IMG/VR virus record: IMGVR_UViG_3300025789_000022
Reading direction: 5' to 3' (one strand)
From: an uncultured virus (IMG/VR IMGVR_UViG_3300025789_000022)
Taxonomy: Duplodnaviria; Heunggongvirae; Uroviricota; Caudoviricetes
DNA: 64,000 nucleotides
Shown piece after piece: positions 36,912-46,915 of the stretch. The notes under the pieces are model-generated. The model did no database searches and was not told the origin of the DNA. It saw nothing but the letters and a program-made list of their open reading frames with translations. Positions within the stretch are counted from its first letter, which is position 1; the number at the start of each line of letters is the position of its first letter. The position numbers and the translations under genes were made by a program.

Positions 36912-37865
36912 TTATTGCCATTCAAATAAATTACTATCTAAACGTTGTTCTGGCGGATCAATACGGTTTTCAGCAATTTCAATATAAGATGGGTTAAGTT
37001 CAATCAGTGTGGCATTGCGTCCTAACTTATCACTAACATAGCCTGTTGTTCCACTGCCGCCAAAAGGATCAAGCACCATACCGTCACGTGGGCAACCTGC
37101 AATAATGGCTGGCTCAATCAATTCAGTAGGGAAGGTTGCAAAGTGTGCTTCTTTATATGGCTTGGTATTAACAGTCCATACACTGCGCTTCATGCGCTTG
37201 TTATCTTCGCCCCATACTCGTTCACCATCACTGAACCTATCACCGTTTGGATAATCTGCCTGATAACCCTCTGCTGCCTTATTACGAGCAACGGGAGCAG
37301 TGACAGCAGGTTCACGAATTGCCTCATAGTCAAAGTAATAGTTCTTGCTCTTGCTTAGAAGAAAGATATATTCATGTGCCTTTGTGCAACGATCCTTGAC
37401 AGACTCTGGCATAGGATTAGGCTTGTGCCATATGATATCCTGTCGCAAATACCATCCATCTGCACGAAGTGCAAATGCCAACATCCAAGGAATACCAATC
37501 AGGTCTTTACTCTTTAATCCTGCCAACTTGTTATTACGACTTGGTGAGAAACTTGGCAAATCTTGCTTAGTCTTAGCAACACTTTGCTTGACAAATGCTT
37601 CACCACTGCGATAGTTATAATATGAGTCACCGATGTTTACCCATAACGTTCCATCATCACGTAAAGTCCGACGAACTTCACGAAATACTTCTACTAATTG
37701 TGCTATATATTCTTCTGGTGACTGTTCTAAACCAATTTGTTTTTCCTGACCGCCATAATCACGCAACCCATAATATGGCGGTGAAGTTACACACATATTG
37801 ATACTGCCCTCTGGCAATGTCTGCAACACATCACGGCAATCGCCATTAAGAATTTGAACGGTCAT
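36912..37865 (-). CDS. DNA amino-methyltransferase (N4-C/N6-A, beta class)
   Basis: TSPPY, HFATFP, LDPFGGSGTT. Confidence 0.93.
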   Translation of the reverse strand: MTVQILNGDCRDVLQTLPEGSINMCVTSPPYYGLRDYGGQEKQIGLEQSPEEYIAQLVEVFREVRRTLRDDGTLWVNIGDSYYNYRSGEAFVKQSVAKTKQDLPSFSPSRNNKLAGLKSKDLIGIPWMLAFALRADGWYLRQDIIWHKPNPMPESVKDRCTKAHEYIFLLSKSKNYYFDYEAIREPAVTAPVARNKAAEGYQADYPNGDRFSDGERVWGEDNKRMKRSVWTVNTKPYKEAHFATFPTELIEPAIIAGCPRDGMVLDPFGGSGTTGYVSDKLGRNATLIELNPSYIEIAENRIDPPEQRLDSNLFEWQ

Positions 37866-37956
37866 GTTTTTTCCCTAAAATAATCAAGTTTAATTATAAC
37901 AATTGAGTAAGGATAAGTCAAGATAAATATTCTCATATAGATTCGGGGAATCATAA

Positions 37957-38256
37957 ATGTCAGTTCTTTTAAGAAAAGGTGCCTATGCAGTAGCAAATGC
38001 ACAAACCATCACCACAGGTAGTTCAAGTAATGCAACTGCTGCTTTCAGTAGTGTAGCAAGTATTCTGCGTGTTACTACTAATGCAGATACCTATATTGCT
38101 TGGGGTGCCAATCCTACTGCATATAACACTGGAAATTGCATGTTAATCGTGGGTGGTGGTGTAGAATTTATTGCTGTTAATGGCGGCGATAAGGTAGCAG
38201 CAATTCAAAGCACCACAAGCGGTCTTTGCAATGTTCTTGAATTAAAGAGCCAGTAA
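37957..38256 (+). CDS. Hypothetical (likely virion) protein
   Basis: TAAATA upstream; codon style of structural genes. Confidence 0.65.
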   Translation: MSVLLRKGAYAVANAQTITTGSSSNATAAFSSVASILRVTTNADTYIAWGANPTAYNTGNCMLIVGGGVEFIAVNGGDKVAAIQSTTSGLCNVLELKSQ

Positions 38257-38549
38257 TGCCTGGTCTTCATAAGGGCTTGCTACGCCCACATAGCACAAGT
38301 GCAACTACTACTGCTCAAACCAATGGCGTAATTGCTGTTGCTAATGGCAGTAGTTTGCGTAGTGCAACTGTAAAGAAAAGTGATTTCAAAACGGGTATGC
38401 CAACCAACGGTATGAAGATTACCGTTGCTGGTGGAACTGGCACTATTAGCGGTGTTTCCACAAGTGGTGCCAATTATGTAATTACATATAGTGGCGGTAA
38501 TGCTTTTACTGGTGGTCTAGGAAATCCATATACTGTTTATCGTAGTTAA
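38256..38549 (+). CDS. Hypothetical (likely virion) protein
   Basis: TAATG coupling to previous ORF. Confidence 0.65.
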   Translation: MPGLHKGLLRPHSTSATTTAQTNGVIAVANGSSLRSATVKKSDFKTGMPTNGMKITVAGGTGTISGVSTSGANYVITYSGGNAFTGGLGNPYTVYRS

Positions 38550-38576
38550 ACTAAATATATTAAACAGGATTTACCT

Positions 38577-38915
38577 ATGGACGCCACCGAATTTTTAAGA
38601 AAGTTAATTGATGCCGTTGCTCATATTCAGCAACCAGCAGATACAGTTCAACCTAATCATGCTCAACTAACTGTTGTAGCACAGCCTCAGAGTGATTTCC
38701 CAGAAGATGAACACACCAATGATGAAACTGGTGGTATCATGGTTCCACCTCTGCAGCAGAAGATGGAGTTACTAAAGAAAGTTGCTGGCGTAGATTCAAT
38801 GTATGATGATAATACAGAAGAACAGCCAGACGATGAACTTGCTATCATCAAGCGTAATGCTGGCATACACCCTATCGTAGCACATATTGCGAGCGATGAA
38901 GAAATAGAGAGTTAA
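38577..38915 (+). CDS. Acidic hypothetical protein
   Basis: TAAATA and AGGA SD upstream. Confidence 0.7.
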   Translation: MDATEFLRKLIDAVAHIQQPADTVQPNHAQLTVVAQPQSDFPEDEHTNDETGGIMVPPLQQKMELLKKVAGVDSMYDDNTEEQPDDELAIIKRNAGIHPIVAHIASDEEIES

Positions 38916-38922
38916 AAATTAA

Positions 38923-41900
38923 ATGAGCCAGTTAGCCAAAATTAAGGCAGGTCGTGTTAATACAGTTGGATTTGCTGGCTTTGTTGGCGAGGCTGGCCAA
39001 TTATTCTATAACACAAGCACAGGTGAATTGCGCTTAACTGATGGTCATACTGTCGGTGGTATTCCAGTTTATGTTGCTACAAACAGTGCCAATGTTGGTA
39101 ATCTTTCTATATCTAATACTACTATATCCACTATTACTCCCAATGCTAATATCAATATTGATACTACTGGCACGGGAACTGTTAATATTCTTGGTGAGTT
39201 CGTAGTTACAAACACTTCTAATCAACCTATTATTCAAACGCTACAAAACGGCACACTTAATCTTTACACACCAGTTCAAAACAGCACCGATAGTGGCATT
39301 GATATTATTGGTAGCGCAAGTGGCACAATCATTAATCCAACTTCAACTGGTGTTATGCTGCATATCACTGGTCAAGGAACACTATCATCAAAGGTATATA
39401 ATGATGCCTTTGGTAACTATGCTCTGTATGCTGGTCGCAGATATGATAATACCGTAGATACACCGTATGCGGTAGGTGCTGGCGAAGATATGGTTCGTTA
39501 TGGCGGCACTGCTTATAATGGTGTGTCAGCACCTGTTGGTGGTATTGCTCATATTCGTATGACCACCACAGAAGCACAAACTCCATCAAATGCTGGCAGT
39601 AATATTTCAATCTGGACTACACCGATTGGAACTACTACACTCACTAAAACCGCATCCTTTGATGGTGGCAATGTTAATTTAACGAATGTTAATATTATTG
39701 GCACAGCAGTTAATACTGGTGCATCATATTTTTACGGTGATATTCTTCAAACAGGAAATATTACACAAACTGGTAATAGTATAAGTGTTGGAACAACTAC
39801 CTTTACAGGTAATGTTGTGCATGCTGGTAATACAAATTTCACTGGTCCAATTACTGTTGCTGCAAGTTCATTCTTTCAAGCCAACCTTAATATTCAAGGC
39901 AATATTACCACGCAAGGCAACTCTTATGTAGTAGGCAACAGTATCAATCAAGGCACCACGCTAATGACTGGTAATATTATTGCCAGCGGTACTACTAATC
40001 TAATTGGTGCCTTTACATCAAATGGAACATCTACGCTAAATGGCAATGTTTATGTTGTAGGAAATATGAACACCACTGGTGCTGCTGCAAGTTTCGGAAC
40101 AACTAATTTTACTGGAACTACTACACAGACTGGTGCTTTTTATGTTTTTGGTGATACTTTCCGCAGTGGTAATGTTACTGATAATGGTATCCGCACACAA
40201 AATGGTCCATTCTTTATTAATAACCAAATTACGCTAAGTGGAACTGCTAATATTGCATTTAGTGATGGTTCGGTGCAAACTACTGCTGCCTTTGGTGCTA
40301 TTAATAATGGCGGTCATATCACAGGCAGCACAAGTTATGTTGGTTCTGTTCGTTATCTTAACCTAACATCCGATGCTACGCCAAGCAACCAGCCATCTAC
40401 AATTGTCTCTCGTGATAGCGTTGGTAATGTGGCAGTTGGCAATATTAGTGCTTATACTATCAATACCACTGCTGCAACTGCAAACAGTGCTATTGCTGGT
40501 AACTTAATTGTTTATGGTAACTTGAATGTTAAGGGAACTACTACAACTACATTTAGCACAGCACAGACTGTAAGTGGATTAACGCTTACTCTTGCTGCAA
40601 ATGCTGCAACAAGTGGCGCTGCTGATGGCGCTGGCGTTGTTATCGGTAATGTTGATTATGCGCATCTATTGTATAGTGATTCGCAAACGGCATGGATTAG
40701 CAGCATAGATATGGTTCCTGTTACTACGCTTGCACAATCACTTGGTAATGCTACTCGTGTTTGGAAAAATATGTATGCTGGCAATGCATATGTAACTGGC
40801 GAATTAAGTGTTGGTATTCAACCAATTATTGACTTTAACACAATTGCACAATTTACAAGCAACGCCAACTCTTATGCACAGACTGTTACGCAAAATATTT
40901 CTAACCTGAGTGCAGCAAGCACTGATTATATTGCTGCTGCTGATGTTGGCAGTGCATCTACAAACTTTATTGATATGGGTATCAATAGCAGCGGCTATGC
41001 TGATCCTGCTTACACGCTACAATATCCACTTGATGGTTATGTTTATACAAATGGTGGTAATCTAACTATTGGAACACAGACTACACAAAAGGCAGTTGTA
41101 TTCCATACTGGTGGCACACTTGCAGCAAATGAAGCAGGTAGAATTTATAGTGGTCGTTGGTTACTTGGTGCGGTTGATGACGGTACCAGCAAGTTACAAA
41201 TAAATGGCAATACCTCCCTAACCTATGTTAATGGAACTGGTATTGCGCTTACTGGTAATATTTCAGCAAACTATCATTTTGGTAATGCAAGCCTAATGAG
41301 CGGTCTTGCAAACAACCAGGCATTTGCTTCACTTAATGCTAATGTGGCTGCTGCTAATAGCGCAATTGCTTCAACAAATGCTAATGTTGTGGCTGCTAAT
41401 AGCGCAATTAGTTCAATCAACGCAAATGTAACTGCTGCTAATAGCGCAATTACAACTAATACAAATAACATTACAACTATTAATGCAAACATTGTTGCGG
41501 CAAATAGTGCAATTTCTACACTTACTTCAAATGCGGCAACACAAGCAAATCTAATCACAACTGTTAATGCCAATGTGACGGCTGCTAATAGCGCAATTAC
41601 AAGTAATCAAGCAAATATTACGGCAGCAAATAGTGCTATTACTTCTACTCAGGCAAATATCACTGCTGCCAATAGTGCTATTACTTCTAATCAGGCAAAT
41701 ATCACTGCTGCCAATAGTGCTATTACAACTAATACTAATAACATTACAACTATCAACGCTAATGTGACGGCTGCTAATAGTGCTATTAGCAGTCTTGGAA
41801 CTAATGCCAATACAGTAACTGCTGCATACTTAACAACATATAGTGGTAATATTCGTGCTGGCAACTTAACTGTTACAAACACAGAAGTTGTTAATACACT

Positions 41901-42282
41901 TTCTGTTACTGGCAACAGCACAGTTAGTGGAAACTTGACAGTTGGTAATGCTTCAACCAGTGGCAACTTTGTAGGTAATTTAAGTGGAACTGCATCAACG
42001 GCAAATAACCTTGTTGCTGCTTCTAATATTCTTGCAGGTAAATTATCAATAACACCTGGTGCTATTGGTAAAAATAGCACAAGCACACAAACATTTACGC
42101 TTACTGGTTTAACTACAAGTCATAGAGTTGTTGTTATTCCATCAGCAGACCAATCCTATGGTGTTATCATTGGCGCAGCATACGCAAGTTCGTTGAATAC
42201 TTTAAGCATACAATTTCATAATTTTAGTGGTGCTCCTATTACACCAGCCGCAACTACTATAAATTATTTTGCTTGGACATGA
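38923..42282 (+). CDS. Fibre protein with beta-repeat and 14-aa coiled-coil repeats
   Basis: ANxTAANSAI repeats at about 41330-41800; FIDMGINSSGY module shared with 4302..10178. Confidence 0.8.
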   Translation: MSQLAKIKAGRVNTVGFAGFVGEAGQLFYNTSTGELRLTDGHTVGGIPVYVATNSANVGNLSISNTTISTITPNANINIDTTGTGTVNILGEFVVTNTSNQPIIQTLQNGTLNLYTPVQNSTDSGIDIIGSASGTIINPTSTGVMLHITGQGTLSSKVYNDAFGNYALYAGRRYDNTVDTPYAVGAGEDMVRYGGTAYNGVSAPVGGIAHIRMTTTEAQTPSNAGSNISIWTTPIGTTTLTKTASFDGGNVNLTNVNIIGTAVNTGASYFYGDILQTGNITQTGNSISVGTTTFTGNVVHAGNTNFTGPITVAASSFFQANLNIQGNITTQGNSYVVGNSINQGTTLMTGNIIASGTTNLIGAFTSNGTSTLNGNVYVVGNMNTTGAAASFGTTNFTGTTTQTGAFYVFGDTFRSGNVTDNGIRTQNGPFFINNQITLSGTANIAFSDGSVQTTAAFGAINNGGHITGSTSYVGSVRYLNLTSDATPSNQPSTIVSRDSVGNVAVGNISAYTINTTAATANSAIAGNLIVYGNLNVKGTTTTTFSTAQTVSGLTLTLAANAATSGAADGAGVVIGNVDYAHLLYSDSQTAWISSIDMVPVTTLAQSLGNATRVWKNMYAGNAYVTGELSVGIQPIIDFNTIAQFTSNANSYAQTVTQNISNLSAASTDYIAAADVGSASTNFIDMGINSSGYADPAYTLQYPLDGYVYTNGGNLTIGTQTTQKAVVFHTGGTLAANEAGRIYSGRWLLGAVDDGTSKLQINGNTSLTYVNGTGIALTGNISANYHFGNASLMSGLANNQAFASLNANVAAANSAIASTNANVVAANSAISSINANVTAANSAITTNTNNITTINANIVAANSAISTLTSNAATQANLITTVNANVTAANSAITSNQANITAANSAITSTQANITAANSAITSNQANITAANSAITTNTNNITTINANVTAANSAISSLGTNANTVTAAYLTTYSGNIRAGNLTVTNTEVVNTLSVTGNSTVSGNLTVGNASTSGNFVGNLSGTASTANNLVAASNILAGKLSITPGAIGKNSTSTQTFTLTGLTTSHRVVVIPSADQSYGVIIGAAYASSLNTLSIQFHNFSGAPITPAATTINYFAWT

Positions 42283-42545
42283 TACAAAGCAAGTGGCATA
42301 ATCTTGTTATTAAAGGTAGTTGCACACCAAAGGCGTGTGGCGGTGCCTGTTGTAAGTTTAAAAATTATACTGATGCTGTCAATTATACAGAATCTTGGTG
42401 TGAATACTTTGACCAAGTAAATTTATCTTGCACAATTTATGAAACCAGACCAGATGGTTGCCGCCGTTATCCCGAAGTAGGGTCACTAATGGCATTTGAT
42501 AAACATGAGGGTTGTGGATATTATGTGGCAGAGGTAGAAGATTAA
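42279..42545 (+). CDS. YkgJ-like Cys-rich (Fe-S/Zn) protein
   Basis: C...CGGACC...CEYFD...CTIYETRPDGCRRYP. Confidence 0.85.
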   Translation: MIQSKWHNLVIKGSCTPKACGGACCKFKNYTDAVNYTESWCEYFDQVNLSCTIYETRPDGCRRYPEVGSLMAFDKHEGCGYYVAEVED

Positions 42546-43375
42546 ACTTCTACCACTGTTTGTGGATTCCATCCACTATGTTCACCTGGATATCCACGAG
42601 GATTGCAAACTATTCTCGTGTCACCAATAGTGTAATCAAACACATTGTGAACGTGACCGTGTGTCCACAGTTTAATTTGTGGATGATCCAAAATGAACTC
42701 GTCTAAGTTACTGACAAAAGCACCATTCATAGTGCTATATCTTGGTTGCTGATAGGTATAATGTATACTACTATGGCTTGGTGCGTGATGGCTGCATACA
42801 ACAACCTTGCGGTCTTGTAACTGTGACAACTGAACACGCAACCATTCTAAATCACTTACATGTTTAGCAAGTGTAGTTTCTGGACGCAGTTTATGATACA
42901 GTCCTTCACGTGGGTTTTCAGTAATAGCACTGTAATCATTCATCATATCTCGTGCTGACATAATTGTAAACGGATCATGATTGTTAAAATCAGTCCATAG
43001 CGATGCACCTAAAAAAGTAACATCGCCTAAATCAACACGATCTTGGTCACAGAACAAAATATTGCCATACCGTTCGGTTTCTTCACGCAGCACAGGTGTA
43101 GTTCTATCCCAACGACCGCTATAATTCTCATGATTTCCACTCAGATAAATTACCTTTGACCAATTATCACTACAGTATTTGAAGAAATCACGATAGCGTT
43201 GTGCATCCGAACCATGTTCAGCATTATTAGGCAATCCATCTTCATTAATAGGATGACGATAGATATGCTGCGCTAAACAGATATCTCCGCCCAACACAAG
43301 AACATCGCCAACAGGTTTGATTTCTGGTGCGAGTGCATGTTCTAAATGTAAATCAGAAACGATCTGTATCTTCAT
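42542..43375 (-). CDS. Metallophosphoesterase
   Basis: SDLH, GGD, GNHE, HHAP, HGHVH. Confidence 0.92.
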   Translation of the reverse strand: MKIQIVSDLHLEHALAPEIKPVGDVLVLGGDICLAQHIYRHPINEDGLPNNAEHGSDAQRYRDFFKYCSDNWSKVIYLSGNHENYSGRWDRTTPVLREETERYGNILFCDQDRVDLGDVTFLGASLWTDFNNHDPFTIMSARDMMNDYSAITENPREGLYHKLRPETTLAKHVSDLEWLRVQLSQLQDRKVVVCSHHAPSHSSIHYTYQQPRYSTMNGAFVSNLDEFILDHPQIKLWTHGHVHNVFDYTIGDTRIVCNPRGYPGEHSGWNPQTVVEV

Positions 43376-43556
43376 CATCATCGTCATCGTCATCTTTTTT
43401 CTTGGTTAAGATAATACTATTATCTACAGTGATTTTCCAACATAGCACAGTGCCTTCTTCCCAATCCATAAGTTTTAATACATCCTCTGGAAAGGGAAGC
43501 AGTAGGTCTTTTGTGTCAGGGTCTTCTACGAGTTCAACTGTCCAATTCTGCGGCAT
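43353..43556 (-). CDS. AbrB/MazE-like small protein with acidic tail
   Basis: LLLPFPEDVLKLMDWEEGTVL. Confidence 0.65.
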   Translation of the reverse strand: MPQNWTVELVEDPDTKDLLLPFPEDVLKLMDWEEGTVLCWKITVDNSIILTKKKDDDDDDDEDTDRF

Positions 43557-43794
43557 TGCATAATTCCAATAATTCTGTAATCATTATTTTAGCACTATGA
43601 CGAATTGCTTCGGCTGGCACCACTTCATTCATTTCACTGATAGCGGTAAGTTCTCGCATTGCCAGTGTAATAATATCAGCAGCCTTCCACTCAACCGTAG
43701 TTTCCTTTGGCCAAGTAGAAATGCCGCTAACAGGTGATCGCTCACCTTGTTCGCAATCTTCTGCAATAGAACGAAGTTTTTCAACAATCTTCAT
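43534..43794 (-). CDS. Hypothetical protein
   Basis: Coupled ORF in minus-strand operon. Confidence 0.65.
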   Translation of the reverse strand: MKIVEKLRSIAEDCEQGERSPVSGISTWPKETTVEWKAADIITLAMRELTAISEMNEVVPAEAIRHSAKIMITELLELCNAAELDS

Positions 43795-44036
43795 GCTTCA
43801 CCAATAATAATATCTGCTTCACTTTGTGGCAGATAATAACCAAGCATAACCTTCATGGCTTCAAAATACTCTTTGTTGTTTTCAAGGTCTTCTTGTTCAA
43901 AAGGTTTAAGTTCACCTTTTTCAACTGCACGGTTGGTCAAATCATAGATATCGCTGCGAATACGGCGATAATCTTCAACAAGAATATCACGGAACATGCT
44001 TTCTGCGGTTTCGTCACTGATTTCAATCTTGTACAT
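43791..44036 (-). CDS. Hypothetical protein (start MYKIEIS)
   Basis: Coupled ORF; start trimmed to reduce overlap. Confidence 0.6.
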   Translation of the reverse strand: MYKIEISDETAESMFRDILVEDYRRIRSDIYDLTNRAVEKGELKPFEQEDLENNKEYFEAMKVMLGYYLPQSEADIIIGEA

Positions 44037-44523
44037 CGTCTTCACCTTCTTCTTCGTCTTCTTCACTTGGTGTATGAACATAGGGAGTATATTCGCCCAT
44101 GTTTTCAATGTCTAACGGACCACTGAATACTAAGGTGCTATCAACTGCATCCCATTCTAGCGTATCAACAAGTGCGCTATAAGCATCACCTTCTTCTTCA
44201 ATGGCTTCATCAATTGCGGCGATTGCCTCATCATCAAGGTCACCATAATCCCACTCATCCCAACAACCATCGTCCATTTCACGGTCATTGATATCATAAC
44301 CAAGTTCATCAATTTCTACTTCGTCGTTATTTTCTGCATCAAGTTCAGCAGCAAGGTCAACACCTTGCGGAACAAGCAGCGTGACATAACCCCAACGCCA
44401 GCCTGTGCTATAGGTGATGGTCTTGTCATCTTTTCTAAAATATTCAATCTCTGTAACACTCTTTTTATAGCGTGTTGATACCTTGTATTCAATTAACTTT
44501 GGGGTTGCTTCATCGTCAGTCAT
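44023..44523 (-). CDS. Highly acidic hypothetical protein
   Basis: Asp/Glu-rich 166 aa ORF. Confidence 0.7.
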   Translation of the reverse strand: MTDDEATPKLIEYKVSTRYKKSVTEIEYFRKDDKTITYSTGWRWGYVTLLVPQGVDLAAELDAENNDEVEIDELGYDINDREMDDGCWDEWDYGDLDDEAIAAIDEAIEEEGDAYSALVDTLEWDAVDSTLVFSGPLDIENMGEYTPYVHTPSEEDEEEGEDDVQD

Positions 44524-44758
44524 TTTCTTTTGCTCTTTCTAAGTAGGTTTCAATTCTGCGGTCAATATATTCGTCAAGATGTTCTTTGAAAGTTTCTTTA
44601 ACGTGTGGCAAAATATTATGGCGAATATTATCAGCCTGTCGCCACTCGCCTTCATCATTGTGATGCCATTCATCATCTAGAGTATCAATAAGTTTCTCTA
44701 GCGAGTTAATAAAATCTTCAATAATTTCACTGCTTTTTCTGACCATCTTGATTTCCAA
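44516..44758 (-). CDS. Hypothetical protein
   Basis: ORF downstream of TTGACA promoter near 44795. Confidence 0.6.
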   Translation of the reverse strand: MEIKMVRKSSEIIEDFINSLEKLIDTLDDEWHHNDEGEWRQADNIRHNILPHVKETFKEHLDEYIDRRIETYLERAKEND

Positions 44759-44801
44759 TCTTTACAATTAGTATGCCGCAAAGATTGTAAAATGTCAAGA
44801 A

Positions 44802-45170
44802 TTATTTTACAACAATATCAGTGATTAAAATTTCTTTAATACCACCGAAGCGTACTTTGTTCATTAGTACCTGGTTGATTGCGCCACATATTTTTTCAGC
44901 AAGAATAAGGCGATTTTGCACTTTAAACTCTGCTTCTTGGCTTCCACCTAATGTTTCAATAACGGCATTGCGAATTGCTAGGTTATGTTTCTTTACATTG
45001 TCGTATATGTGTGATTCATATTCACTGACTAGTGTTAGATTTACTTGAACTAATTTTGGTGAGCCACTTATAGAAACTAAAAAAGGTTCAGGAAATGAAT
45101 AATACGAGATATCTTCTGCGTGGGCGGCAGATGCAAACAATAAAAATAATATTGTAAACAAGGTTTTCAT
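44802..45170 (-). CDS. fliL: FliL-like periplasmic protein with signal peptide
   Basis: AHA signal; EPFLVSI..S.KLVQVNLTL, AIRNAVIETL, LAEKICGAINQVL, IKEILITDIVVK. Confidence 0.72.
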   Translation of the reverse strand: MKTLFTILFLLFASAAHAEDISYYSFPEPFLVSISGSPKLVQVNLTLVSEYESHIYDNVKKHNLAIRNAVIETLGGSQEAEFKVQNRLILAEKICGAINQVLMNKVRFGGIKEILITDIVVK

Positions 45171-45184
45171 ACAATTATTTACAA

Positions 45185-45412
45185 TTACTCGCCGCCCCAA
45201 CGCATCGCAATAAATGCCTGGTCCACTTGATCACCACCACGCAGTTCCCAATATGGTTCGCCGTTGTTAAATCTGTGTATGCAAAGGCAGTCTGGATAGT
45301 TGTCAGCCATCCACTTCTTAAACTCCCAATTTACGCTGCCATCATCGTTGGCAAACCACACACTCATATGCCAGCGTTGCGGTCCTAACTCATGCACTCG
45401 CATCTTAGCCAT
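45185..45412 (-). CDS. Small protein, FxxR(F/W)-terminal family
   Basis: RFNNGEPYW...FIAMRW. Confidence 0.65.
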   Translation of the reverse strand: MAKMRVHELGPQRWHMSVWFANDDGSVNWEFKKWMADNYPDCLCIHRFNNGEPYWELRGGDQVDQAFIAMRWGGE

Positions 45413-45657
45413 TACGCAAATCTCATTACAAAAAAAGTATAATCTTCTGGTGTATTAAAACGCACAAACCATTGGTCATCGTCATCATCATCGCCAGCAT
45501 ATCGTTGTGCCTTGGCATTAAACTCAGTTAGCAGCACAACTTCATTAAATTCACCTTTGCTCTTACAATAAGTCGCAAAATTTTTCCACATGGTTGAATC
45601 ACTCCAATTTTGTGGAATCCAAAAACCATTTTCAAAATTTAAATCCATCATAACCAC
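45412..45657 (-). CDS. Small protein, FxxR(F/W)-terminal family
   Basis: FNTPEDYTFFVMRF. Confidence 0.65.
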   Translation of the reverse strand: MVMMDLNFENGFWIPQNWSDSTMWKNFATYCKSKGEFNEVVLLTEFNAKAQRYAGDDDDDDQWFVRFNTPEDYTFFVMRFA

Positions 45658-45863
45658 CGTAATAAAAATAATGATGCTATTTCATCATTCGGAAATATAA
45701 TATAATATTTGTGTCCAGTAAAAGATTCTACTTTCCAATCCCTACCATAAGCACAACCTTGTTCAGTCATCCAATGAACAATGTCTGGAATTGGGTGCAA
45801 TTGTTCAAAACCAGTTTCATAATATAACCATTTATGAATTATATCTTTTGGCACTTCAAACAT
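45648..45863 (-). CDS. Small protein, FxxR(F/W)-terminal family (start MFEVPK)
   Basis: FPNDEIASLFLLRW. Confidence 0.6.
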   Translation of the reverse strand: MFEVPKDIIHKWLYYETGFEQLHPIPDIVHWMTEQGCAYGRDWKVESFTGHKYYIIFPNDEIASLFLLRWL

Positions 45864-46170
45864 TGGTAATTGCCCAATTAAGATGTTCGTATTCATCGTG
45901 CCAAATAGGTTTAAGTTTTTCTTTATCATTTATCGTAGTCCAAGATGGCTCTGCACACTGTGCATACTCTAACCAAATGATACGATTAGTTATATCACAA
46001 CGGCGTGGCAATAACGCAAACTTACGCCGCCAATTACAATATTTTTTAAGATCATTTCGTAGTGGTTTCATCTTTTTAATAGTAATCCAATCGTCACCGT
46101 CAAAGAACTTTAATTCTAGCGATTGCGTATCATACCACAGTTGACCTGGTACAGGCAAACTATTATTCAT
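45856..46170 (-). CDS. Hypothetical protein
   Basis: Coupled ORF; GQLWYD...DGDDW. Confidence 0.6.
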   Translation of the reverse strand: MNNSLPVPGQLWYDTQSLELKFFDGDDWITIKKMKPLRNDLKKYCNWRRKFALLPRRCDITNRIIWLEYAQCAEPSWTTINDKEKLKPIWHDEYEHLNWAITNV

Positions 46171-46439
46171 GCAAACCTCAATGCAAAATATAGAATAATA
46201 CTGTCATCTACCCAATTTTCAAATTCACAAAACAATCCAAGCGCAACACGTCGCCGGGTACCATCTCGTCCGCTTTTCTTTGTTTCAGTAGATGTTTTAA
46301 GTTTCCAACCACGACCTTGTTTGGGGTCTTCTAACCCATTCTCAAGGGGAATAGCCAAACCAACATTGCGCTCTAACCACTGCACAACACTGGTTAAACT
46401 ATGTTTTGTTCTATCAATTCTGATTACACGACTGCTCAT
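46167..46439 (-). CDS. Small protein, FxxR(F/W)-terminal family
   Basis: Ends ILYFALRFA. Confidence 0.6.
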   Translation of the reverse strand: MSSRVIRIDRTKHSLTSVVQWLERNVGLAIPLENGLEDPKQGRGWKLKTSTETKKSGRDGTRRRVALGLFCEFENWVDDSIILYFALRFA

Positions 46440-46614
46440 AGCATTAAGGGGTGGTTTCCCACCCCTTTTCCCTTACCATTCACGAACTTCAAGGATATCT
46501 TCGGGTCGGAACCCCATCTGATTTTGTTCAAACCTGATACAGGCTACCTCAAAATTACGGGCGATACAATCAAAGATACCGCCACATTCCATCTTAAACA
46601 CAAAACGCTTCATA

Positions 46615-46833
46615 TTAAACTCCCTTTGCTACCATTGCATCATCATACCGCTCAAGGGCATGACCAAGTTCTTCATACATTGCACGATCAAGATTATCTG
46701 CATAATCACGAAGGTCGTTGGCGATATAATGAATTTCTACAAGCGTTTCCGCTTGTGAAATTTCAGAACGCTTGTGCCGTGCAAGAACAGACTCAATACG
46801 TGCGGCGAGAGAAGTTGCTTCATTGACAGTCAT
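46615..46833 (-). CDS. Hypothetical protein
   Basis: GGAG SD and TTGACA promoter upstream. Confidence 0.65.
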   Translation of the reverse strand: MTVNEATSLAARIESVLARHKRSEISQAETLVEIHYIANDLRDYADNLDRAMYEELGHALERYDDAMVAKGV

Positions 46834-46915
46834 TTGTTTTCTCCATTGCTTATATTATAACAATAACACAGAATCACATGTTGTCAAGCATTATTTTTAA
46901 AAAATTTGGGGGATT

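Noticed and set aside
41330..41800. CRISPR-like periodic repeats (gctgctaatagcgcaatt)
   Set aside because: In-frame coding repeats of a coiled coil with synonymous variation, not repeat-spacer units
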